Assembly: GCA_043228905.1 (NCBI GenBank)
Contig: JBHGNT010000010.1
Location: forward strand, 19,406,001-19,470,000
Direction of reading: 5' to 3'
Source: Azolla caroliniana
Lineage: Eukaryota; Plantae; Polypodiophyta
DNA length: 64,000 bases
In this document: piece by piece, positions 1 through 12,526 of the stretch
Numbering within the stretch: position 1 is the stretch's first letter
How the letters are laid out: each line of letters begins with the position of its first letter
The notes under the pieces: model-generated
Database searches by the model: none
What the model was told of the DNA's origin: nothing
Seen by the model: only the letters and a program-made list of their open reading frames with translations
Program-made: the position numbers and the translations under genes

Positions 1-1515
1 TGTCTTTTTTGCCATACAAGCTTGTATGTTTGAATCCCAAAAACTACAAACCCCAACAATGAGCTCTCTTGCTTTTCAGATGTTGAATAGAAATAGTATT
101 TCATCTTTTAATATGCACTTGTCCTAATATTTTGCATGTGTGCTTGATCTTGGCAAAATATATATTGATGTATTCTGTGGCTCAGCATTATAGCTCAACT
201 TTTCCCCTCCATTGCCTTTAGCAAACATTGAGCCCTTAACCTTGTTCCAATGGGAAGGCAATACCATTTGAGTTATGCTTTGTTATTATTTCAATTATCT
301 TGTAGTCACATTTTCTTCCAATGATCACTTTGACCCGAATCCAACCCATTGCAAAACTTGACTTTTTTGTGCTTTTCTCCCTTTGCACATGCCACGTCCT
401 AATAATGGATTCAACCCAACATTGGCATTACACACATCATACATACTAGCCCCTTGCTACAAGGTGCAATCATCAGATACAAACCCTATATGGCACAAAT
501 GTACACCAAGGATTATAGTCTCATTATAGTGATCACCCTCTTTTTGAAATTAGGGTTTTCATTCCTATTTATAGAACTTCTTAAACTCCCCCGATCAAGA
601 GTGCATTCATAGACTAAACGGTCCAACATTTTATTTTGTCCTTGTTCAGATTTAGATGCGCCTATCTGGATGTTGAGGGATGTACTTGTTCTTATCACCA
701 TCACCATCACCATCCACATGTTAGCTTTATTTACTTAAATCCTTGTTAACCTTCTCTATGTTGATTTGTGCTAGGATTTGTAGTGATTGTATCATTTTAT
801 GTTCTTCTATCGATGAGTCAAGATGATGATGATCTGCAAAATTCGTATATGTTGAGCATCATGTAAATGGTGAGAACGAGTGGTGTGATATTTTTCAAAT
901 CATGCGCCTACATTGTTTTTTCATTTTTTCCCTTTCCTTGTAAGAATTTCAAAGTATATGTTTTACATCTTTATTTTTCCATTTGCTAGTTTTTGCTAAT
1001 AGAAATCCATCAAAAATATATGCTCTTAATGATTTGAAAGAACTTATAAATGGTAAAACACCAAAGTTGTTGCCCACATATTCAATTATGATCTAATATG
1101 CACAATGACTCATTGTACACATAGAAGAAAACCATTTGTTCATTATGGACAATTAATGGTCGTACTGCAAAATATTGAACGCATGGCCCTATGGTCTACA
1201 CAGAAAATTGAGATATAGATGGGTATCAAAACATTTTTTTCTCTATCACACACACACATACATATATGTAAACACATCATTGATCACATTGGATTGCATT
1301 AGCTTTGTATGTATTGCAATGAATTCTCGATCGATCGATCGTTGGAATCCAGGAAACTGCGTCTTCTTCATCCCTCATCTCCTCGTCTTCTATTGGGTGA
1401 TTAGTAATGATATAGATCCCGGCGTAGAATTGCAATCGCAGACAATGAATCAGAAATTTGTACAGTCTTTGTTCAATTTCTTCAAACAACAACAGCGCGT
1501 CACTATAGTGTAAAC

Positions 1516-4428
1516 ATGGAGGAACTAGTACTTACATGTTCTGGAACTATACCTCCGGCAGATAGCTTCATCTCAGAAATACAAAGATGCAGAAAATCAA
1601 AAGATCTAACACATGCCAAACATCTTTACATGTCTACCTGTGAGGTGGGTTTGGAAACTAATCATAATATTGGCAACTCTTTAGTTGTAATGTTTGTGGA
1701 GTGTAAGCATTTACCTCTAGCTCAACATCTTTTCAACAAATTAGACCAGAGGAATGAACTTTCATGGACATATCTCATACAGGGGTACCATGACTGTGAT
1801 AAATCTCAACATGCCATTGGCATCTTTGATTGTATGCAAGATGATGGTGTTCTTCCTAGCAAGTATACTTTTGTGGTTCTTCTCAAAGCTTGCACTAGCT
1901 TGAGATGGGTTGAAAAAGGTCAGAGATTACATAAGAAAATATCTCAAGGGAGATATGAATGTGATACTTTCATTGGAAGTGCTCTTGTGGATATGTATGC
2001 TAAATGTGGTTTGCTTGAAAAAGCACAAGAAGTGTTTGATCAATTGCCGATCCGAAATGTGGTCTCATGGACGACCTTAATCTCAGCCTATGTTGACCAT
2101 GGATATCCAGAGAAATCTTTGTCTTACTTGAAGAAAATGCAAGAGGAAGGTACATTTCCAGATGTTGTCACATATTGTTGTGCCTTGAAAGCATGTGGTA
2201 GTATGACAGACATAAATAATGGACAAAAAATTCACTCCGAAATTGCAAAATTGGGTCTAGAAACTGGCACTTTTCTTGCTGTCACTTTGATGGATATGTA
2301 TATCAAATGTGATTTATTACCGGAAGCACAGAAGGTTTTCCATGAGTTGTCTTCGAAGGATGTGGTGTCATGGAATGCAATTATAGTAGGTTATGCTGAA
2401 CATGGTTTAGCAGAAGAAGCATTCAGTTGTTTGAAAAAAATGCAAAGTGCAACCATTTCTCCAAATGCTATTACATTTATTAACAGTCTCAGGGCATGTA
2501 GTAGTAGTGGAGCAGTAGATATTGGCAGAAAAATACATGCTGAAATTATCAAGGAAAACTTTGAAAGAGATATACGAGTAGCTAACACATTGATTGATTT
2601 ATATGCTAAGCTTGGCATGCTTGGCGAGGCACAGTCAGTATTTGATGAGCTTGTGACTAGAGATGTCGTCACGTGGACTGCACTTATTACTGGATATGCT
2701 GAACAAGGTTTAGGTGAGCAAGCCCTGTGCTATTATGAACAAATGCTATCAGAAAAATTGGCTCCAGACAAAGTCATTATAATGTGTGCTTTAAAAGCAT
2801 GTACAAGCATTAGAGATTTCGAACGAGGAAAAGAAATACATCGTAATGTGGTGAACAAAAGCATAAAATTTGACCATTGTGTGCTTAATACACTAGTAGA
2901 TTTATATGCTACATGTGGTTGTTTGGCTGAAGCAAGACAACTGTTTGATGAGCTCCCGAAGAGAGATGTGGTCTCATGGAATGCATTGGTGTCAGGGTAC
3001 TCACTACATGGGTGTGGCAACGATGTTTTAGATTGCTTAGAAAAGATGCAGCTGGAGGGTCTATCTCCCAATGCAATTACTTTTATTTGTATTCTAAAAG
3101 CTTGCTGTAGTCCAGAATATATGGAACGGGGTCAGGAAATGCATATTAGGATTGTAAAGCAAGGATTTGAAAAAGATCCTTATGTTGGTAGTATGCTTGT
3201 AGAATTATATGCTAAGAATGGCTGGCTTCAAGAAGCACAGAAAGTGTTTGGCAATATACCAGTGAAAGATGCCGCTGTCTGGAATGCACTCATTGCTGCA
3301 TATGCAGATGAAAATCTCCTTATTGAAGTATTTGAATCTATGAATCAGATGCAACTAGAAAGAATCTCTCCCAATGCCACTACATATGTGAGTTCTTTGT
3401 GTGTTTGTGGAGTTGTTGGTTGTCTAAACTGGGGACAACAATTACACATCGAAATTGTAAACAAAGGGATGGAAGGAGACATTTTTGTTGGTAATGGATT
3501 AGTAGATATGTATGCAAAATGCAACCTTCTCTTAGACGCACAATCAGAGTTCAATAAGTTGCTTGTTCGAACTGTTGTTTCATGGACTGCACTGACTTCT
3601 GCATATCTTGAATATGGGTTGGCTGAAGAAGCATCAAAGTACTTTCAAAAGATGCAGATGGAGGGGATTCCTCTAGATGTTCTTTCATGTAATGCTGGCA
3701 TTTTGATCTATGCTGAAAAAGAGGAAAATGAAACATGCACGCACATTTATATGCAAATGCAAGAACAAGGGATTCTGCCAAACAAAAATACTTTTGCAAG
3801 TCTTCTGAAAGCAGTGGGCAATGATTCAGCCCTAAGATCTGGTGAACAAATCCATGCTCAAATTTCTACACGTACTGAATTAGTAATTTTGGCTGCTTTG
3901 ATTGACATGTATGCAAAAAGTGGTAGCATGATTGAGGCCCAGATAGTGTTTGATTCCATGGTTGTGAAGGACATTGTGTCATATAATATTTTAACAACAG
4001 GTTATGCTCGTCATGGGAAAAGTGAATGTGTAGCTCACTTGTTGGAAAGGATGGGGACAGAATGTCTAGAACCTGATGATATTACATTTCTATGTGCTCT
4101 ATCAGCGTCTAGCCATGCTGGTCTAATAGATGTAGGGAAAACATACTTTGAGATTATGGCTGAAGGTTATAACATCGGTCCAAGTATAGAACACTACAAC
4201 TGTCTCATGGATCTTCTTGGTCGTACTGGCCATTTGGATGAAGCAGTGGCAATGCTGGATAGGCTGCCCTTCCAACCCAACGATATAACCTGGATTTCTC
4301 TTCTTAGTTCTTGTCAGAAATTGGGTGATTTAAAACTCGGTAGGAATCTTTTCAATTCTCTAAAAGGAGAACCAGAGAACCATCCTGCTGCCTTTGTCCT
4401 TATGTCAAATATCTGTGAAGATGCTTAA
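1516..4428 (+). CDS. PLS-class pentatricopeptide repeat protein with E extension and no DYW domain; probable organellar RNA-editing specificity factor
   Basis: 970-aa ORF with about 101-aa periodic P-L-S triplets (eight xxLVDMYAKCG-type S motifs, repeated VVSWNA/T P motifs). The C-terminus reads HYNCLMDLLGRTGHLDEA...MPFQP-like (LPFQPNDITWISLLSSC) and ends HPAAFVLMSNICEDA*. The true start may be upstream (see findings). Confidence 0.95.
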   Translation: MEELVLTCSGTIPPADSFISEIQRCRKSKDLTHAKHLYMSTCEVGLETNHNIGNSLVVMFVECKHLPLAQHLFNKLDQRNELSWTYLIQGYHDCDKSQHAIGIFDCMQDDGVLPSKYTFVVLLKACTSLRWVEKGQRLHKKISQGRYECDTFIGSALVDMYAKCGLLEKAQEVFDQLPIRNVVSWTTLISAYVDHGYPEKSLSYLKKMQEEGTFPDVVTYCCALKACGSMTDINNGQKIHSEIAKLGLETGTFLAVTLMDMYIKCDLLPEAQKVFHELSSKDVVSWNAIIVGYAEHGLAEEAFSCLKKMQSATISPNAITFINSLRACSSSGAVDIGRKIHAEIIKENFERDIRVANTLIDLYAKLGMLGEAQSVFDELVTRDVVTWTALITGYAEQGLGEQALCYYEQMLSEKLAPDKVIIMCALKACTSIRDFERGKEIHRNVVNKSIKFDHCVLNTLVDLYATCGCLAEARQLFDELPKRDVVSWNALVSGYSLHGCGNDVLDCLEKMQLEGLSPNAITFICILKACCSPEYMERGQEMHIRIVKQGFEKDPYVGSMLVELYAKNGWLQEAQKVFGNIPVKDAAVWNALIAAYADENLLIEVFESMNQMQLERISPNATTYVSSLCVCGVVGCLNWGQQLHIEIVNKGMEGDIFVGNGLVDMYAKCNLLLDAQSEFNKLLVRTVVSWTALTSAYLEYGLAEEASKYFQKMQMEGIPLDVLSCNAGILIYAEKEENETCTHIYMQMQEQGILPNKNTFASLLKAVGNDSALRSGEQIHAQISTRTELVILAALIDMYAKSGSMIEAQIVFDSMVVKDIVSYNILTTGYARHGKSECVAHLLERMGTECLEPDDITFLCALSASSHAGLIDVGKTYFEIMAEGYNIGPSIEHYNCLMDLLGRTGHLDEAVAMLDRLPFQPNDITWISLLSSCQKLGDLKLGRNLFNSLKGEPENHPAAFVLMSNICEDA

Positions 4429-6499
4429 AAACAGTGAGCATCAGCGCACTATGAGGTCATATCAAAATAGCGTTAACTTTAATTTGCTCAAATAGTGCAA
4501 GATATGTACAATATGTAATAGCAAATCAAAATTCATTTACATTTATATTTATATGTTGAAGCAATAATAATCAGCCAAGCAGATATGCCAGTGAGTGGCT
4601 CTATCCTAAGGTCATCTCAACAGAGCCTTACGAAATGAAGGCATTTCTGTTACTGTAACATCTAACTATTGATTCAAGTTCCGATCTTCCATGAACTTGC
4701 AGCAAACTTTGCAAGCAAAAACATGATGAGGAATTATTGTAATTCAAGGTCCTACTTACGGATTGTTTTTCGTCTTTTACAAAGCTCAATGAAAGACACA
4801 GTTTATGTTGACAGATTTTCTTGTACCCGTGCATATTATACGTATGTCAGATTCTAAAGGAATATTTTGGTGATGATGAATGGGCTTAAAATTTTGGCTG
4901 TATCTTGTTAGAGAAGGTAAACACATGAAACATTGATCAAAGTATCTACAGATAATCGGATTAACGTCCAATAGAGGCCAAATCCAGAGTACATAACACA
5001 AATCATTTACAAGTAATGTATGTCCTTCAATTATGCAGAGAAAACGAAAATGACAATATATACATATCTACCGCACCCGTCCGAGGATGCACCCACCATA
5101 TGGGTGAGTGTCACATGCGTTGCAAAGAACCCCATGTAGTTCTTCCTCTTATCATAGGAGGGTGTGGGCAACATAATCTTCTCTAAATTCTTTTGGGAAG
5201 CAGATTATTTGATTTTTAAGCACAAGATTCTCTTGTGCTTGTATACATTAGATAGCTCACACTACCATAAAAAGTTAATGTGTACAGGACATATGTACCG
5301 ATCATATCATGGTTTCTAAATTTTAAAAATGTGAAATTCAATTTAAAGATAGCTGCATTAAAAAATAAATTGAAATAGCTGCATACTTTTAAATTGAAGG
5401 GAAAGATGATGAAACTATAGTGTGACCCTGTGTAAGTGCACTTCAAGTGGCTATAAATAGCCATAACTCCATGCCATGCTTGCTAAAGAAAGAAGGATGT
5501 TCTCTGGGGCACTTGCAAGAGTGCTCGACAAGGAGACCATTTTTTCCATACCCCTGAAGGCTGGAACCCCATGCTAAGACCACCTGAGACCATTTTTCCC
5601 ATACATCATCCAATATTCAGCTTTTGACGTGATATTTTTTAGACCACCTTACCCTTAATCTCACTTCACGCATAGCTCAGTTCACACCTACGCCCCTTGA
5701 CCACATATACTAATCATACATGAGAGGTAGCATTCTGAGTGGGCCCTTGGGAAGGGATTTTGTTTCTCGTGAATGGGAATGAACTCTGTAAACCTATCAA
5801 ATGACCCGTATCACTAACTATGGGTGTGTCAACTTGATGGGAGCAAATGACACGTGACATGTATTTTTGTGTCACATTAACATGTTGTCGAGTGAAAACT
5901 TGTATATTAAGCGGAATACGCGAAAAACTACAAACTTATTGTCAAATAATGGGAACATATGCTAAACATAAGAGTGAGATGCGAAATATTCCTTTGCTAA
6001 TCGATTTTCCATTTTATACATCAGATAACTGGTTCATATATACCCTTCATAAAACTACTGCAAAGCTATGCACTTGGCGATGGATAGTTGTATTCCTTAA
6101 TATCCATAGACCTTTATGAATTTTCGCCTCACCCTCTATGAAATGCAAGTTTATTAGAAACATGTTCAACACATTGAATACTATTGCTTCAATACTTGTA
6201 TACATTGTTGCCTCGACACTATTTATACATTGAGCTAATACATGTGTGCACGTGATCACTTGTGTTTGTGCAAGTATACATACACTAGGGAAGTAAACAC
6301 TCAATATATATTAATTTAAGACATGTGGAATAAAATGTAGCTTGTGGGAACAAATGAAATCACGATTACGTTTGACGGATGACATGTAGAGTTGTCTCAC
6401 GCATAAAAATGTTGCTGGTTGAAAACTTGGCACATAATTGTACACCTGATGGATCTTAGAGGAGATGTGGATTCACCTTGTGGGTTATATTTGGAGAGA

Positions 6500-6647
6500 A
6501 AGGATAGATTTGTAATTGGGAATGTGAATGGAGTAGTTAGTGAAGGATCCGTGGTTCAAATCTAAGGGGCCCCAAATTGTATATGTATTGGTAACCGGGC
6601 AAGTATGTAATAATGTATGTATGTATGTATGTATGTATGTATGTATG
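6500..6647 (+). mobile_element. Possible tRNA-derived SINE remnant with (ATGT)n tail
   Basis: Pol III box-B-like GGTTCAAATC at 6553-6562, followed about 50 nt later by an (ATGT)n microsatellite at 6613-6647. No clear box A or TSD. Confidence 0.3.
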
Positions 6648-7246
6648 CTCTTTAGAAAATAAAAAACGAAAAACATTAGAGAAATGAAACATGGCTAGAA
6701 ACGCAAAAAAGGCAGAAGTACACTCGCAAGTACAAAAAGAAAAAGAAAAAGAAAAACGCAAACGCAATTTCACGAACTAAACAAACGCGAAGAAGGCCAT
6801 CCAATTCCAAACGCGGAATGCAACGCTAGAACCAAAAAAACGCACAAAACCCCGAACCGCAAAAGCAAAACGCAGGAGAGGCAAGAGGAGCTGGAAACGC
6901 AATCTGTTGTTCCTTTTTCTAGACAATGTATATATATAAATCAGTCGCCAGAAATGCAGAAGCATCGAAGTAATCAGTCGAGTCCAAGCTTCTTAACAGC
7001 AGACAAGACATAGTCGCAGAGTAATTAGATTCAGCCCACCATTTCTCGCTAGTACCTAAATAAATTGCATTCAGTATTACATATAGATCCCTAACAGTTA
7101 CTATCATCTTCAATTCCATTCCATTCCATTCCATTCCAATCCATTCCAATCAGTCATTCTAATATTAAATCAGTACTTACAGAAGAAGAGGATTAAGGCG
7201 TCAAATTCTTCCAGCTGTGCTGTGTTGTACAGTGAGAGTAGTAATC

Positions 7247-7876
7247 ATGGGATTCATGAGCAGGAACCTCCCGGCCCCTCGAATGATGATGTCCAATATG
7301 AAGCAGCTGCGCAGGGCGAGGTATGAAGAAGCCATGCTGAATCTGCAGATCTCCCACCAGCTGAAGCAGCAGAAAACGATGAAGGATTCTGCGGATTCTC
7401 CTGCCATGGTGGTCCTGGATTACAGCCGTGTGCCGGCACACCTCAGGCACCTCCCCCCTCGCATCGTCAAGCGACGCCTCCACCTGCAGCAAAGCCATGG
7501 AATGCCGCATGAGGATCCAGGTCTTGAAGCATCTGCGGATCTGAGGAAGCCACAGCATTCAGATGATGAGTACAAGGTTCTGCACGGATGCACCCTAACA
7601 AATGATGAGCCTGAGCCTACAAGAACTACTTCCAGTACACAGGAGGAGCAGAAATGCAGGAGGATGAGGATGATGATGATGATGAAGATGATGATAGAGG
7701 AGCTCAGATATCACGAGGCTGCAGGCACCCCTCCAGCCAGCTTTTTCTATACAGAGTATCTGCAGCAAGTTTTTGATGGCACCATCCTCCCTAATGAGGT
7801 GGTCGCCATTCTTCCCGCCACTCTCGATGATGAAGACAAGACCCTCGTGGCCGTTCTACGATCACGAAACCAATGA
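7247..7876 (+). CDS. Hypothetical intronless protein, 209 aa, no recognisable family
   Basis: ATG in good context (ATCATGG) at 7247. The open frame is clearly more GC-rich than its flanks. TATA-like TATATATAAA at about 6930 and an AATAAA at about 8248. Contains an ATG-repeat poly-Met tract at about 7670-7693. Confidence 0.55.
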   Translation: MGFMSRNLPAPRMMMSNMKQLRRARYEEAMLNLQISHQLKQQKTMKDSADSPAMVVLDYSRVPAHLRHLPPRIVKRRLHLQQSHGMPHEDPGLEASADLRKPQHSDDEYKVLHGCTLTNDEPEPTRTTSSTQEEQKCRRMRMMMMMKMMIEELRYHEAAGTPPASFFYTEYLQQVFDGTILPNEVVAILPATLDDEDKTLVAVLRSRNQ

Positions 7877-10794
7877 TTCCTTCCCCATGGATTTCATGTA
7901 GGGTTTTACGATCTTATAAGATCAATTCCAATCAGTAATTCATCTCAGCAGCTGCTGCTAATGTTTTGGAATTAGTAGTAGTTTAGATCGAATTTTTGGT
8001 AATATTAGCTCCATGAATTTGTAACGGAGTTTAATCCAGCTGGTGATCATCATGTAGGTCAATCAAATGTAAAGAAGCAACAGAAACATATAATAATACT
8101 TCTTTGATCACCGAATACCCTTTGTGTTTCTCGAATTCCAGATGATGATTTGCCTCATAATTCAAATGTTTCTGTATCAATATAGTAGTAAGTAAATCAG
8201 CAGTAGAAGCACACACTGTACATTACGATCGCAGTATTTTTTTTCGCAATAAATCTTAATGTCCTTGAAGTGGTATACAAATTAAATATACATAATTGCA
8301 AGGTTACAAGGCTTTGCTTTATCATTGGGTCGTCCAGTCAATGTGTTGCTTTCAATTCAATAGAATCAACAAGTTGCCTCATGGGATTAATGTCGGTTCC
8401 ATTTAATCCAAATACCAGATACAAGAAATAAGACTAGGAAAAGAAGTGACCCTATGATTAGGGTTTCAGACCTTCTGAGTTGCATTTGATAAAACAGTTT
8501 ATATCTAAATGCCTTGTTCCTGGTGTGTTCAGAAGACACTAAGGTATAATCCATTAACTTCATTACTGCTACCATTAACTGGAGCCGTCCACAAATTTGA
8601 CTTTCAATTCTAAAAGATCGCCTGTAAATTACGTATTGCCTAATATGAAATCCTTAAGTCCATCATGATGATAGTGGTTTGATCAATCTAGTTAATCTCA
8701 TGTAGGACTGTTACAGTAGGCCTAGTAGGCCGTGGCAATCCCTCTATTTGGCTCAAGTCATGTACTGTGCAGGCCAAAAACTAACTTTGTGTTTAGCCCT
8801 AAAATGCAACCATGAGAGAGAGAATACACAAGGTTATATCAAAAAGTTAATTATATTTGCCCAAGTGGAGATCAATTATTAAAGAGTAATCAATCAAGTT
8901 TAAATACATGGGGGATAGCTATTTCATATACTACTACATTCTATGTGTACTATCATAATGGAAGTGTGCGTGATATTATTCAATCTATACATCATAATAA
9001 AATGTCCACTTCATCCCATGCAAGGAGTGTATTTTATCTTATACTTATGAGAAGCATGGGGTAGACATTAAAAAGTTTAGAACTAGTGCATGTTCACAAA
9101 CAAGGTGCGTGCTATGTTGACAGGCTTGAATAACAGATTACCTTATATAGCTAAATCCATGGAAGTGTGGAACGTAATTTGCCTTGGTGTAAGGGTAAAA
9201 TTTTAATTGACATTTATTTATGTTTAACTAATTCATCGAAATAGACCTAATATCAAACTTGGATGGCATAGCCAAATATTGGAATAAGGTGGCTAATGTT
9301 TGTTGCTACTTTTGCTATCCTCGTGGATGTTAATGTCCCAACCTCTCAAAGTTTGACTCGGGATATTGGAATCTTGAAGCTTGTCATTTGCTCTACTTTG
9401 CTCAAAGTGGTACATGCAATAATGAATCCTATTGTTTCTTCTTTATTCTGATTTCTACTTTGCACAACGAAATCACTTGATCAATGAGTTCCAACGCTCG
9501 AGTATACATTAAGAAAGATTCAACATACTAGGCATGATTTGGGTTTCATGGGGTCATATATATATACACCCCAAAACACTTAGGGAACTACTAAATTTGG
9601 ATGATCATATGGTTTCTCAAAGATTCAACCTCATTAAGGATATATGTGTACGAAGGCAACGTTAGGCAAAGATAACATGCTCTTTTGTAGAAAAGATTGG
9701 CATATCCCATAAGAAAACAAGGATTGCAAACTCATGATGGCATATTGTTAATAGTACTCAACCATTGAAATGCACATACGCTATTGTGGTTTAACATTGT
9801 TCTCTCATCGTCAAAGTTCAACATTGTTCAAGTGGGAAGTACTAGAGTGCAGGTAATTCATTACTAAAAAAGCACTCACATCCTCACAACCCTTGCATTG
9901 AAATGGAAAAGAAAGTGTCTAGTTTGACTTCAATCTTTATTAGGGAAAATCTTTGCTTGGTAAATGTGCAAAGTGGTATTTTAAAATTATGCATGCAAAT
10001 CATGCAAGCTTTGTATATATGATCATTGTGGTTAACATTATAGACACAAGGACACCAATAATATCGTGTTGCCATATTGTCTTATTAGCGAGTATGCAAA
10101 TGTATAAGCATGCAGTCTAGTCTTGACTGAGTTCAAATGATGCAATTTAAATTTCCAATGTTCTTTCAACTTAGCAATGAAACAACATGAACATATGGTG
10201 TCTGTCAGGGAGCAATGGAAAACACAGGTGAATGGCTGCCATTTATCACTTTACATATGCTTTGCTTAGTCTTATATGAAAAATATCTTTTACAACATGC
10301 CATTGTATCTCTCGTTAAGAGAGATAATCAATTATACAGAAAATTCATCTATATATATAGACAGATAGATATATTGAGAACGATAAGTTTTGGTGTTGGA
10401 TAAAACGCCAATCTGAAACACAGTAACACGCATGGGCATAGTCAACTGGAAGCATCCTTTGCTAACATGTCGATGTTCAGAATTTGTACATTAACTTTTG
10501 AAATGAACTGATTGCCAGACAATTCAACAAGATCAAATATTAACAATCTAATTTCCATGGAAGTTATTTCCCCACTTAACATATTTCTCCATGCATTTCA
10601 ATATTCCCCATTGCAGAGAAATTCCAATCTGGCAATATGAATGACATTAACATAAACATAGAAATAAAACCTTATTAAACACAGATATAACAAAAATCTG
10701 GCACTAACATTTTAATTAAATATCCAATTCTCAACATAGGCAGAGCCAAGGCTACAATTTTAAGTTGATCTCAAAACTCCAAACCAAAATCCAC

Positions 10795-12475
10795 CTAGAA
10801 TCGAAGCTTAGAAAAGAACCATCTATTTTTTCCCAATTTGAACCTCTCTTCAAATATTGATTTAGCTTCCTGCAAAACACAACAGAAATTGAATTGGAAA
10901 ATTCAGAATTCCAATAGTATGTAAACGTTCAACGAGAGGTCCAATAGTCAAAAAAACTGAAGGAACATCTAAGAGTTGTGTGTAATATGCCATTGATAAG
11001 AAGATGATATTATGTAAATAACATTAACCACAGGAGATAGATCAAAATAAATGGGAATCGGCATTAACCTTCTTCGTTTCGACTCTCTTTGTCTTTGATT
11101 CAAGCTTCTCTGGTGTCACAACATTTTTCAGATCAACATCAAGTGTATACCTGCAACCATTAGATGCATCTCATATGATGGCTGGGATAAAAAAATTTAA
11201 AATTCCCATAAAAACAAATGTTACCTCGTAGGCATGATGTGATTATAATTCACAACTTTAATGAAGGGTTTCAATCGAGAACGCTTTGCTATTTTCTTTG
11301 CAGATAATTTCTTAATAACCTGCTTGGGAAAGAAAAATAACCAGCTTAGTTTAAAAATAATGTTGCAATACATTTGAAAATGAACACCTTATAAAAAGAG
11401 TGTCCAAAACAGCCTCAACAAAGACCATCATGACACATTTAAATATGAACCACCAATGAAAACATAAAATTCCTGTCAGAAGATAATGTAGAATGAAGAA
11501 TTCCAAAGCGATATTCAGTGCATGATGGAAGCCAACCAGCACAATAAACAAACAAAATTTTGAAGTGTAAATGGTGCTCTTGATGCAACTGTCACACTTA
11601 AAAGCAACCATGAGCTTAAAATGGAAATTTGTGCTTGATGTTCAGAACGAATATATCAATACAGTAAGGAGATCAGAGCGAAGTAAACAATTGCTTCATT
11701 CAAGGTTTATAATACAGAAAAATGTGTGCTGAGAACAGAAATTTGAAATGGAGGCTAGCAATACAGAAGACAACTGTATCTAAGTTTGCCTTAAAAACCT
11801 GCGAATATATGCAGCGCAGACCAAGTATAAGAGAAACAGAAGCACAGACTTTAGATGATTGAAGGGAACACTCAATATATCAAAGCGTAATCGATTCCGT
11901 CTTCAGTTAGAAGATTGAAAATCAAAATAAAGAAAAACAACAAATGCAATGTTTCTTCGGGATATGGAAACAAATGCAGAATAGATCTTCACTGTTAAAC
12001 GTTAAAAACCAGAAAAACAGTGAGATTTGTACTTCCATTGAATAACCGTGTATTTGAGACAGCTGAACAAAAAGGGGAAACAGAGTTTTTTTTTGCATTG
12101 TAGAAGATTGAAAATCAAGATTAGACGAGAAATATCTATGAAAGAAAAGTAAGACCTTTACTTGTGACCAACGTGGAACAGTTGAAAGGGATCGAGCAAA
12201 ACAGGGAGAAAAATAAGATACAGAATGCAGGAAACCAGTTAAATCTGGATAAAACGGTGAAGGGACGATAAATTGAATCAGAGAGAGAGAAAAAGAAGAA
12301 AAGACAGGAAGAACCTAACCTTCCTGGGATATTTGTCGATACCAGCGACGAGAGCGTGGCCATAGGGTCTGCTATTAGTTCCATCGTCGAAATTCTTGAC
12401 GATAACAGCCTTCCGCCCAGCGAATCTTCCCTGCAGCAAAACCACAACCTTGTTGGGCTTCAAGAACTTCACCAT
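10795..12475 (-). CDS. RPL27: 60S ribosomal protein L27 (eL27), 135 aa
   Basis: Exons 12475-12320, 11319-11225, 11150-11069 and 10869-10795, all GT-AG and phase-consistent (408 nt). Translation [26 protein letters not shown]...[19 protein letters not shown]...[12 protein letters not shown]. Confidence 0.98.
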
Positions 12476-12526
12476 AGCTCCTGCTCCTCTCGCTTCCTTC
12501 TCGTCGTCTTCGTCGTCGTCTGATAG

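Noticed and set aside
1175-1513. 112-aa ORF ending 2 nt before the PPR ATG
   Set aside because: Non-ATG start, different frame from the PPR, no recognisable motif; better explained as leader or presequence-coding DNA read in another frame.
2391-3799. Several antisense ORFs inside the PPR gene
   Set aside because: Shadow ORFs of a long coding sequence with no independent signals.
8700-9900. Possible retroelement remnants
   Set aside because: Only vague protease-like fragments; no motif I can support.
11320-12319. Intronic snoRNA in RPL27
   Set aside because: No properly spaced C (RTGATGA) and D (CTGA) boxes with a terminal stem were found by eye.
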